Positions 35,673 through 43,631 of a DNA stretch of 64,000 bases are shown here, piece after piece; position 1 is the first letter of the stretch; each line of letters opens with the position of its first letter. The position numbers and the translations under genes were made by a program. The notes under the pieces were generated by a model. That model did not search any database, was not told where the DNA came from, and saw only the letters and a list, made by a program, of their open reading frames with translations. The DNA is taken from contig JAKSOS010000001.1 in the NCBI GenBank assembly GCA_024405475.1, forward strand, positions 11,064-75,063, read 5' to 3'. The stretch comes from Clostridia bacterium. Lineage in GTDB: Bacteria; Bacillota; Clostridia; Christensenellales; Borkfalkiaceae.

Positions 35673-35822
35673 ATGAATTCTAATAATATTGTGTTAATTG
35701 CACTGATGTTTTTACTTTTATCAAACAACAATATCTCTCCTGTAATTTTATATTTGCTGTTAGGATTTTTAGCTTCAACAGGATGCTGTAATTTGTTTAA
35801 TTCTTCTAACACCACCACGTAA
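35673..35822 (+). CDS. Small hydrophobic peptide (49 aa), uncharacterised
   Basis: Absent from the ORF track because it is under 60 aa. AAAGGAGG SD 5 nt before the ATG. Translation: MNSNNIVLIALMFLLLSNNNISPVILYLLLGFLASTGCCNLFNSSNTTT. The stop codon abuts a strong hairpin terminator. Confidence 0.5.
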   Translation: MNSNNIVLIALMFLLLSNNNISPVILYLLLGFLASTGCCNLFNSSNTTT

Positions 35823-35855
35823 AAAAAGAGCCGTGAATTTTCACGGCTCTTTTAA
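35821..35855. terminator. Bidirectional terminator (small ORF / pfkB-family gene)
   Basis: 12-bp stem aaagagccgtga/tcacggctcttt with a 4-nt loop and T-runs on both strands. Confidence 0.8.
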
Positions 35856-35872
35856 TTTATTTGATTTTTTTA

Positions 35873-36799
35873 TTATATTCTCTCTGCTTTTAATTTTGAA
35901 TATATTTCGTCGTATTTATCTTTGTAAAACAGATTCGTTCCGCTCGTAGTAACTGCGGCTGTTCCCGCAGCGACTGCCCTTCTTAAAACTTCGTCTTTAG
36001 GAAGATTGTTTACAAACGCAACGCAAGATGCAGCCACCATACTGTCGCCTGCACCAACGGTTGAATTTACCGCAACGTTTGCACTCTTACAATAAAAACT
36101 TTCAGTTCCATCTGTTATTATTGCGCCTTCCGAACCTATTGAAACTAAAACGTTTTTAACACCCAAATTTAAATATTTTTTCGTTGCGGTTAAAATATCT
36201 TTTTTTGTCCTTAAAGTCATTTCCGCAAACATTTCTAATTCCTTTAAGTTGGGTTTTACCATATATATTTCATGTGACTTTATTGCGGAAAGCACGTTCT
36301 CTCTTTCAGCATCTACTACAACTTTTTTATCACTGCTTACGTTCTTTAAAACTTCACCGTAAAATTCGGAAGGAACACCTTTTGGCAAACTTCCGCTCAT
36401 TACGACTACTTCTGCATCAACAGAGAGTTTTTTTACTAACTCTATTAACTCTAATTGCTTATCTCTCGCTACCGTTTCACCCTTATCGTTTATTTCGGTA
36501 AGCATTGACTTTTTATCTATTATTTTGTAGTTCGTTCTTGCCGAACCGGAGTTTAATACGAATTGATGTTTTACGTTTTCTTTATCTAAATTATGTTCAA
36601 ACATTCTTTTGTGATTTTCAAACATAAAGCCGGTTGCAAAACTGTCTTCGTTTAATCTGCCAACACCTATTGCGACGTTTAACGCTTTCCCCGAATAAGT
36701 TTCAACTTTACTGTCTATTCTGTTAAGCATGCCTACGTTTAAGCTGTCAAGTTCAATCGTACAATCAATGCTTGGATTAGGACAGATTGATAATATCAT
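35873..36799 (-). CDS. fruK: 1-phosphofructokinase / PfkB-family sugar kinase
   Basis: 308 aa with an N-terminus NPSIDCT typical of FruK/LacC and a C-terminal GAGDSMVAA...TSGT block. No fruA or fruR is adjacent, so the substrate is uncertain. Confidence 0.7.
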   Translation of the reverse strand: MILSICPNPSIDCTIELDSLNVGMLNRIDSKVETYSGKALNVAIGVGRLNEDSFATGFMFENHKRMFEHNLDKENVKHQFVLNSGSARTNYKIIDKKSMLTEINDKGETVARDKQLELIELVKKLSVDAEVVVMSGSLPKGVPSEFYGEVLKNVSSDKKVVVDAERENVLSAIKSHEIYMVKPNLKELEMFAEMTLRTKKDILTATKKYLNLGVKNVLVSIGSEGAIITDGTESFYCKSANVAVNSTVGAGDSMVAASCVAFVNNLPKDEVLRRAVAAGTAAVTTSGTNLFYKDKYDEIYSKLKAERI

Positions 36800-36910
36800 T
36801 ATTTTTTCTCCAACATATATTTTTCTTTTGATTTTTAATTAAAAAAATCAAGCCGAATTTTTTTTATTATAGCACAACACTCTTTTTTTTTCAAGCGTTT
36901 ATCGTCTTTA

Positions 36911-37252
36911 TTAAAAATTATCAAAACCGTCCGTTTTGCTATCATTATCGCAACACGGATTACAGCTGGGTTTTGGTTTTACAAGCGAAATACTATCACT
37001 GCAAGTGCTTCCACAATTAAGTTTTACGAGTATCGCATCTCCGCCTATTTTTATTATGTCTTTTTCAGCTATAAAAAGTTTGCCCCTATCAAAAATTTTA
37101 AATATGCAATTACTCTTTTTGCCGGGGACTGTTATTCCCGTTATTATTCCGGTTGGAAAAGACAGCGTCATATCAGTCATTTTACCCAAACACTTCCCAT
37201 CAACGATATTTATAACTTCTCTTTTTTTTAAATCATTAAACGATAATTCCAT
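36911..37252 (-). CDS. YlmC/YmxH-family (PRC-barrel) sporulation protein with Cys-rich C-terminal tail
   Basis: The N-terminal 75 aa match the YlmC/YmxH pattern (LKKREVINIVDGKCLGKMTDMTL...GKLFIAEKDIIKIGGDAILV). A 37-aa tail containing 5 Cys follows. Confidence 0.7.
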   Translation of the reverse strand: MELSFNDLKKREVINIVDGKCLGKMTDMTLSFPTGIITGITVPGKKSNCIFKIFDRGKLFIAEKDIIKIGGDAILVKLNCGSTCSDSISLVKPKPSCNPCCDNDSKTDGFDNF

Positions 37253-37290
37253 ATTCTATAAATATGAAAAATATTCTATTTTTATTCAAT

Positions 37291-37322
37291 AAAAAAATCC
37301 ACCCTTTTTAAGGTGGATTTTC
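37291..37322 (-). terminator. Rho-independent terminator after the cytidylate-kinase-like gene
   Basis: Stem aaatccacc/ggtggattt followed on the minus strand by a 7-T run. Confidence 0.7.
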
Positions 37323-37334
37323 TTTTTTTTGTTT

Positions 37335-37949
37335 TTATTTAATCATTGATGCTAAATGCGGAATTATTTCTTTTATTTCAATGTCGGTTGTGTTTATGCC
37401 GATATCGTAGTTGAGTTTATTACCCCACTTTTTGCCGGTGTAAAACGAATAATATTTTGCCCTGCCTTTATCAATACTCTTTATATATTTTCTAACTTTC
37501 TTTTCGGTTAAATCTTGAGTATTTGCATTTCTCTTTATACATCTTTTTACACGGCTATCTAAACTAGCGTAAACGAAAATCTTAAACGGATGATAATCTT
37601 TTAAGATAACGTCTGCACAGCGACCAACGATAACGCAGTTTGATTTTTCTGCCATTTCTTTTAATACTTTTTCTTGTGCCGAAAATACCGTTTGCGTTTG
37701 TTTCATTGCGTATGTATCAACAAAAGAAAATGAGTGCGCAACGGTTATAGGATACAATGCGTGTGGACTTTTTTCTATTATTTCTTGTACGTATTGTTCT
37801 GACAAAGACGTCTTTTTAGCGATTTCTACTATAATTTCCTTGTCGTAGTATTCGTAGCCTAATTCTTCGGCAAGTCTTCTGCCTAATTCACGACCGCCAC
37901 TTCCGAATTCTCTACCTATTGTTATTACTTTATTCATATAAGCCTCCAA
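37335..37949 (-). CDS. Cytidylate kinase-like family protein (P-loop)
   Basis: 204 aa with the N-terminus VITIGREFGSGGRELGRRLAEELGYEYYDKEII typical of the Cytidylate_kin2-type family. Confidence 0.7.
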   Translation of the reverse strand: MEAYMNKVITIGREFGSGGRELGRRLAEELGYEYYDKEIIVEIAKKTSLSEQYVQEIIEKSPHALYPITVAHSFSFVDTYAMKQTQTVFSAQEKVLKEMAEKSNCVIVGRCADVILKDYHPFKIFVYASLDSRVKRCIKRNANTQDLTEKKVRKYIKSIDKGRAKYYSFYTGKKWGNKLNYDIGINTTDIEIKEIIPHLASMIK

Positions 37950-38020
37950 CGGTTATATTTTATCACTACAACTTTTTGCTGTCAATAGACTTTCACTATT
38001 TTTTTATTTATTAAAATCGT

Positions 38021-38058
38021 AAAAAAGGAAAGATGCTTAAATTAAGCATCTTTCCTTT
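38021..38058 (-). terminator. Rho-independent terminator after tRNA-Thr
   Basis: Long stem aaaggaaagatgctta/taagcatctttccttt followed on the minus strand by a 6-T run. Confidence 0.75.
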
Positions 38059-38063
38059 AATTT

Positions 38064-38139
38064 TGGAGCTGATGACGGGACTTGAACCTGCGACCTAGTG
38101 ATTACGAATCACTCGCTCTACCAACTGAGCCACATCAGC
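38064..38139 (-). tRNA. tRNA-Thr (anticodon CGU)
   Basis: 76-nt cloverleaf read from the reverse complement: acceptor GCTGATG/CATCAGC, D-stem GCTC/GAGC, anticodon stem AGTGA/TCACT with loop TTCGTAA, T-loop TTCAAGT and an encoded CCA. There is one A-C mismatch in the T-stem. Confidence 0.9.
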
Positions 38140-38212
38140 ATAAAAAGTAAGTAAATTTTACTTCTAAATTCACTTACATATTTATATTAGCATAAATATT
38201 GATAAATATCAA

Positions 38213-39079
38213 TTAAATTAAAAACTTTTTATCAGTTTTTTTATTTTTATCTTTAAAAACAAAGCCACGCCCATTTAACCACGCTAAAGAAAGTTTAATC
38301 CATTCACTTACGGGAACGTTTACCGTATTTACTTCTTCATTTGCCAAAGATAATCCGTGTTGGCCATTAGCAAAAATATGCAATTCAAATGGAATGCCGT
38401 TTTCTTTATAAGCTTTTGCCATTAATAAACTGTTTTCACAAGAAACGGTACTATCTTCAAATGTTGACCAAATAAATGCAGGAACGGTTTTTTTATTAAC
38501 TCTTTTTTCTAAAGAAAGTTTTTCTTTTAAGGATAAATCTTCTCCGCAAAGAGCATTAAAACTTCCTTGATGCGCATTTACGCCACTAGAAATTACAGGA
38601 TATGATAAAATTACAGCGTTAGGTTTAACTTGCGACGGCGTTCTTTTTAATGTTTCTTTTACAATTTTTTCGTCTGTGATAGTTGCAAGCATACCTGCAA
38701 GATGACCGCCTGCGGAAAATCCTACTGCACAAACTTTATCTTTTAATACATTATATTTTTTTGCATTTTCTTTTATGTAAGCAACTGCCATTGCCCCTTC
38801 TAATAATTGACTGGGATGTTTTACGGGAGAGATGGAATATTCAAGCGAAAAAACGTTATAACCTGCGTTTAGATATGTTAAAGAAATAGGTTCGTTCTCT
38901 CTATCTGAGCGCCACGTATAACCGCCACCCGGAATAACTATCATTGCGGGGCGAAGTCTATTCGGACAATATTCCTTTGATTGATCTCTAATATATACAT
39001 TTAAAAATCCTTGTGCTGTTAAAGGTCTTTTTATACCGAAATATTTATATAAATCTATTCTCTCAATAAACATAAACAC
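38213..39079 (-). CDS. Alpha/beta hydrolase (esterase, AES/BD-FAE-like)
   Basis: 288 aa with the oxyanion-type PGGGY block and the nucleophile elbow GFSAGGHLAG. Confidence 0.75.
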   Translation of the reverse strand: MFMFIERIDLYKYFGIKRPLTAQGFLNVYIRDQSKEYCPNRLRPAMIVIPGGGYTWRSDRENEPISLTYLNAGYNVFSLEYSISPVKHPSQLLEGAMAVAYIKENAKKYNVLKDKVCAVGFSAGGHLAGMLATITDEKIVKETLKRTPSQVKPNAVILSYPVISSGVNAHQGSFNALCGEDLSLKEKLSLEKRVNKKTVPAFIWSTFEDSTVSCENSLLMAKAYKENGIPFELHIFANGQHGLSLANEEVNTVNVPVSEWIKLSLAWLNGRGFVFKDKNKKTDKKFLI

Positions 39080-39172
39080 ACTCCTGGAAATATTTTAACA
39101 CAACAACTTTCATTAAACAACTTTTTTGCGTTAAAACTTGAAAAATTATTTTTTATTTGATAAAATAAATAT

Positions 39173-39847
39173 ATGGAATATCATATAGACACAGGACTAA
39201 TAAAACAAAAAATGAATTCCAAAGCAGATTGTCCGCTTTGTGAAATAAGAAAAATCGTTGAAGAACAATTTATTCACGAATTTCTAAACGACGCTGTTAT
39301 GGAAGAAACGACAAGGCTTAAAGTAAACAGGTTAGGCTTTTGCAAAGACCATTTTAAAAAACTTTTTTCAGGGCAAAACAAACTTTCGGTTGCTTTACAG
39401 TTATCTACGAGAAGTGAAGAAATAAAAAAGCAATTACTAAACCCTATTAAAAATGTCTCAAATGCAAAAACTATTGCTAAAAAAATTGACGAATCAAGTA
39501 AAACTTGTATCATCTGCGATTTGGTTGAAGAAAGTATGATAAAATACTACAAAACTATTGCGCAAATGTTTTTAAAAGAAGAAGATTTTTTTAATACTTT
39601 AATGAACACGAAAGGATTTTGTTTAAATCACTACGCTCGCCTTTTGGAGTATTCTTCATTTGCAGGATTTTTGTCTAAAGAGTACGTAAAAGTTTTATCA
39701 GAACTTGAACTAAAATCTTTTAATAAAAACTTGGAAGACTTAAATGCGTTTTGTACTAAACACGATTACAGAAATGCAAATAAGCCTTTATTAAATGCCG
39801 AATCTGCATTAAAAAATATGGGGATAAAATTATACGGAAAAGATTAA
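39173..39847 (+). CDS. Uncharacterised protein with tandem CxxC...FCxxH repeat (putative double zinc-binding module)
   Basis: 224 aa. Repeat 1 is CPLCEIRKIVEEQFIHEF...GFCKDHFKKL. Repeat 2 is CIICDLVEESMIKYYKTI...GFCLNHYARL. No clear SD, so the start is uncertain. Confidence 0.55.
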   Translation: MEYHIDTGLIKQKMNSKADCPLCEIRKIVEEQFIHEFLNDAVMEETTRLKVNRLGFCKDHFKKLFSGQNKLSVALQLSTRSEEIKKQLLNPIKNVSNAKTIAKKIDESSKTCIICDLVEESMIKYYKTIAQMFLKEEDFFNTLMNTKGFCLNHYARLLEYSSFAGFLSKEYVKVLSELELKSFNKNLEDLNAFCTKHDYRNANKPLLNAESALKNMGIKLYGKD

Positions 39848-39855
39848 ATCAATAA

Positions 39856-39888
39856 AAAAGAAAGATATCGCCCAGATATCTTTCTTTT
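39856..39888. terminator. Bidirectional terminator
   Basis: 14-bp stem aaaagaaagatatc/gatatctttctttt with a 5-nt loop, located between convergent genes. Confidence 0.8.
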
Positions 39889-39891
39889 ATT

Positions 39892-40464
39892 TTATTTACG
39901 TATAACCTTATTAACTGCCGAAAAAATCTCGCTTCTACCTTGTCCCGTTTCACTTGAAGATGCAATAATATTGTCTATTCCAACTTTTAGTCTGCTTGCA
40001 ATATTAAGTAGTTGCGGCTTGATTTTACTCTTTGAAAGTTTATCTGATTTAGTAGCCACGATAATAAACGGAATATTATAGTGATACATAAAGTTTATCA
40101 TCATTAAATCGTCTTCGGTTGGGTCGTGACGAATATCAACTAAAGAAATAACAAGTTCAATTTTTTCATTTATTAAAAAGTTTTCTAAAAGTTTTCCCCA
40201 TTTTTCTTTTTCTTCTTTGCTTACCTTAGCATAGCCGTACCCCGGTAAATCAGCTAAAACAAAACTGTCAAAATCAAAATAATTTATAAGTCTTGTTCTA
40301 CCCGGAGTATCAGAAGTTTTTGCAAGTTTACTATTTTTAGCAAGCATATTTATCAAAGAAGATTTTCCTACGTTGGACTTGCCAACTATCGCTATAATGG
40401 GCTTGTCTGTTTTATAGAAATTATTTTCTTCTGCTACGCTCGTTATAAATGTTGGAGATTTCAT
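39892..40464 (-). CDS. engB: Ribosome biogenesis GTPase YihA/EngB (YsxC)
   Basis: G1 GKSNVGKSS, G3 DLPGYG and G4 TKSDK motifs. Conserved lon-ysxC synteny. Confidence 0.9.
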   Translation of the reverse strand: MKSPTFITSVAEENNFYKTDKPIIAIVGKSNVGKSSLINMLAKNSKLAKTSDTPGRTRLINYFDFDSFVLADLPGYGYAKVSKEEKEKWGKLLENFLINEKIELVISLVDIRHDPTEDDLMMINFMYHYNIPFIIVATKSDKLSKSKIKPQLLNIASRLKVGIDNIIASSSETGQGRSEIFSAVNKVIRK

Positions 40465-40469
40465 TTTTC

Positions 40470-42797
40470 CTACCAGTTTATTGCGTTTTTAAATACCGTA
40501 TCTATTTCGGAAACCGTAATAAACTTCATTTCCTTTTTAATTTCTTTTGGAATTTCCGTTAAGTCTTTTTCGTTAGCCTTTGGAATTATTATCTTTTTAA
40601 TTCCCTGTCTATACGCCGCTAAAACTTTTTCTTTTAATCCGCCTATCGGCAAAACTTTGCCACGGAGTGTTATTTCACCCGTCATTGCAACAGCCTTACT
40701 TACTGCCTTTTTTGTAAATGCCGAAAGTATCGCAGTTGCCATAGTTATACCTGCAGAAGGTCCGTCTTTGGGAGTTGCTCCTTCGGGAACGTGTATATGA
40801 ATATCTGTTTTTTCAAACATCTCTTCGCTAAGATTATATTTGCTTGCATTAGCCCTGATATAACTTATCGCAGCCCTTGCAGATTCCTTCATAACGTCTC
40901 CGAGTTTACCCGTCAATATTATTTCGCCTTTTCCCTTCATTAAGCTTACTTCTATAGTAAGAGTGACGCCACCTACACTCGTCCATGCTAAGCCTGTGCA
41001 AGCGCCGATTTCATCTTTACCCATCACTTCGTCTTTAGTATATTTTTTAATGCCGAGACACTTAAAAATATCTTTCTTTTCTATAATCTGCTTTGCGGTT
41101 TTAGGGCGTTCTACAAACTTAGTCGCAATTTTTCTTATAACGCTACCGACTTCTCTTTCTAAGTTTCTTACGCCTGCTTCCATTGTGTAGCTCTCTATAA
41201 TTTCGCTTATAGCCTCGTCGGTAAATTCAATTTTTTCTTCGTTTAATCCGTTGTTTTTAATTTGCTTCGGAATTAAATAACGCTTTGCAATTTCTTTTTT
41301 CTCTTCATCCGTATAACCTGTAAGTTCTATGACTTCCATTCTGTCTAATAAGGGAGAAGGAATTGTATCAACAGAGTTTGCAGTCGTTATAAACATTACC
41401 TTTGATAAATCAATAGGCACTTCCAAATATCTGTCTCTGAACGTTGAATTTTGTTCGGGATCTAAAACTTCTAAAAGTGCGCTTGCAGGGTCGCCGTGAA
41501 TATCCGAAGACATCTTGTCAATCTCGTCAAGCAAAAATACGGGATTATTCGTTTTAGCACTCTTTAATCCGTAAATAATTCTACCCGGCATCGCTCCGAC
41601 GTAAGTTTTTCTATGACCTCTGATTTCAGCTTCGTCTTTAACGCCACCTAAACTCATACGGACAAACTTTCTGTTCATTGCCCTTGCAATACTCATTGCA
41701 ACCGAAGTTTTACCAACTCCGGGAGGACCTACAAAACAGAGAATAGGTCCTTTGATTTCTTTCGTTAAGTGTAAAACTGCCAAATATTCTACTATTCTTT
41801 GTTTTACCTTTTGCAAACCGAAATGGTCGCTATCTAAAATCTTCTTCGCTTTATTTAAGCTTTCGGTATCTATAGTACTGTCATTGAAAGGTAAATCCAA
41901 AACCCAGTCTATATAATTTAATAAAATAGAGTAATCCGGCGAAGACGGGTTGATTCTATCTAACCTACTTGCTTCTTTTAATACCTTTTCTTCAACGTCA
42001 CTCGGTAAATGCTTTTCTTTTATTTTTTTAACGAGTTCGTCACCCGTATCTTCTTCGTCGCCGAGTTCGGAGTGAATTGCCTTTATTTGTTCTCTTAAAT
42101 AAAACTCCTTTTGACCTTGGTCAATACTGCTCTTTACCTTAGACGCAATTTTCTTTTCTATTTTAGCAATTTCAAGTTCTTTTGATATGAGTTTACTAAA
42201 CTCCGCTAATCTATCTAAAGTATTGTCTATTTCTAAAATATGCTGACATTCAAAATCCCTAAAAGGGCAAACCGATAAAGCATTGTCAACAAACTCGTCA
42301 GCATCTTTTAACTCGTTAACAGTTGACAACACGTCTTTCGTAATTCTCTTATCAAAAAGTGCGTATTCGTAAAACACCTTTTTAAGCTCTCTGAAATACG
42401 CTTCAACTTCTACTTCCTTTTTTGAAGTAGTGTAAGGCGCAGTTACTACCGATGCGGAGAAAAATCCTTTCATTGATAGAAAACTTACTATTCTTGCCCT
42501 TATTAAAGCTTCTGCGCTGACCTTCATTTCTCCGTTAGGCATTTTTATTATTGATTTTATTTTTGCAATAACGCCCGTTGTATAAAGGTCGCTTTCTTTT
42601 GGAGCATCAATAAATGCGCTCTTTTGCGTAGTTATAAATATTTCGTTACCCGTTTGTGCCGAAGCTTCTATCGCCTTAATTGAAATCGCTCTGCCGACTT
42701 CAAAATTCAATAGTGTTTTTGGAAACAAAACCTTGCCCCTTAATGCGAGAACAGGTAGCATTATTTCATTTAAATTTTCCTTTGTCTCATTTGCCAT
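40470..42797 (-). CDS. lon: ATP-dependent protease Lon (LonA)
   Basis: LON N-domain, AAA+ Walker A GPPGVGKTS, Walker B FLLDEIDK and protease catalytic PKDGPSAGITM. Start moved to the ATG at 42797, behind AGGTGA. The ORF-track GTG start lies inside that SD. Confidence 0.95.
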   Translation of the reverse strand: MANETKENLNEIMLPVLALRGKVLFPKTLLNFEVGRAISIKAIEASAQTGNEIFITTQKSAFIDAPKESDLYTTGVIAKIKSIIKMPNGEMKVSAEALIRARIVSFLSMKGFFSASVVTAPYTTSKKEVEVEAYFRELKKVFYEYALFDKRITKDVLSTVNELKDADEFVDNALSVCPFRDFECQHILEIDNTLDRLAEFSKLISKELEIAKIEKKIASKVKSSIDQGQKEFYLREQIKAIHSELGDEEDTGDELVKKIKEKHLPSDVEEKVLKEASRLDRINPSSPDYSILLNYIDWVLDLPFNDSTIDTESLNKAKKILDSDHFGLQKVKQRIVEYLAVLHLTKEIKGPILCFVGPPGVGKTSVAMSIARAMNRKFVRMSLGGVKDEAEIRGHRKTYVGAMPGRIIYGLKSAKTNNPVFLLDEIDKMSSDIHGDPASALLEVLDPEQNSTFRDRYLEVPIDLSKVMFITTANSVDTIPSPLLDRMEVIELTGYTDEEKKEIAKRYLIPKQIKNNGLNEEKIEFTDEAISEIIESYTMEAGVRNLEREVGSVIRKIATKFVERPKTAKQIIEKKDIFKCLGIKKYTKDEVMGKDEIGACTGLAWTSVGGVTLTIEVSLMKGKGEIILTGKLGDVMKESARAAISYIRANASKYNLSEEMFEKTDIHIHVPEGATPKDGPSAGITMATAILSAFTKKAVSKAVAMTGEITLRGKVLPIGGLKEKVLAAYRQGIKKIIIPKANEKDLTEIPKEIKKEMKFITVSEIDTVFKNAINW

Positions 42798-42821
42798 TTT
42801 TATCACCTGTAAGTAGTATGT

Positions 42822-43631
42822 CTAATTTTTTAAACAATATTTTTCTAAAACGTTTTTTACCGGTTGATTTTTATAATCTTCCGAAATTGCCTTTGCGTGT
42901 TTTTTTAATTGTTCGCTTCCGTCTCCCACGGCAACGCCAAACCATTTTCCATTAACTAAATCTATATCGTTCGTTGAATCACCTATCGTGATGACCTTTT
43001 CTAACGGAATATTATAATAGTTTGCTATTATTTCAACGCTCTTGCCCTTTGAACTCTTTGCGTTTACCGTTTCAAAAAGTCCGTCAGCACCACTGTTAAA
43101 AAGTGCGTATTCACCGAAAATCTTTTGATATTTTTCCACGTTTTCGCTTATTTTTTCTTGCTCACAATTTGCGACGATTTTAAGCACGCTGTTTGGGTTT
43201 TCTTTTATAAAGTTTACTAAACTTTTTATCTTTATGCAATCTATACAACCCATTTCTATATATCTTTGCGCATACTCGCTTAACCTTTCATAGTAAAGTG
43301 CGTTCTTATCAAATAAACAGGGAGAGAGATTTTCACTCTTCATTTTATTAATTATGTTTATTGCGGTTAAATCGTCTATATTTTGTATGTGAATTTGTTT
43401 TCCAGTTAAAGTATCCCTGACTTCTGCACCTTGCAAGCAACCTACAATTCCACTTAAATTATGCTTTTCCATAATTCTTTTTATTGACTGAAACGGTCTG
43501 CCTGTTGAAATGGCAAATTTTCCGCCTTTATTTATAAACTCTTGTATTTTTATAAGAGTTTCTTTTTCTATTATTTCCAAACAATCGCCAAGCGTTCCGT
43601 CGTAATCGGAAATAAGTAAATCGTATTTCAT
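42822..43631 (-). CDS. Cof-type HAD-IIB family hydrolase
   Basis: DxD nucleophile motif LISDYDGTL, a cap domain and the C-terminal GDSTNDIDL motif. Confidence 0.8.
   Translation of the reverse strand: MKYDLLISDYDGTLGDCLEIIEKETLIKIQEFINKGGKFAISTGRPFQSIKRIMEKHNLSGIVGCLQGAEVRDTLTGKQIHIQNIDDLTAINIINKMKSENLSPCLFDKNALYYERLSEYAQRYIEMGCIDCIKIKSLVNFIKENPNSVLKIVANCEQEKISENVEKYQKIFGEYALFNSGADGLFETVNAKSSKGKSVEIIANYYNIPLEKVITIGDSTNDIDLVNGKWFGVAVGDGSEQLKKHAKAISEDYKNQPVKNVLEKYCLKN

Noticed and set aside
38064-38139. tRNA-Thr as an integration hotspot for a mobile element, and the A-C mismatch in its T-stem as a sign of a pseudo-tRNA
   Set aside because: No integrase, direct repeat of the tRNA 3' end or foreign-looking gene block flanks it. 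All other stems, the T-loop, position 33 U and the encoded CCA are canonical. A single mismatch is therefore not enough to call it a pseudogene.
38198-38213. 16-bp near-palindrome ATTGATAAATATCAAT upstream of the tRNA
   Set aside because: It is pure A/T-rich sequence overlapping the esterase stop codon. The stem is weak, with no flanking U-tract and no known operator match, so it is likely chance or a feeble terminator.
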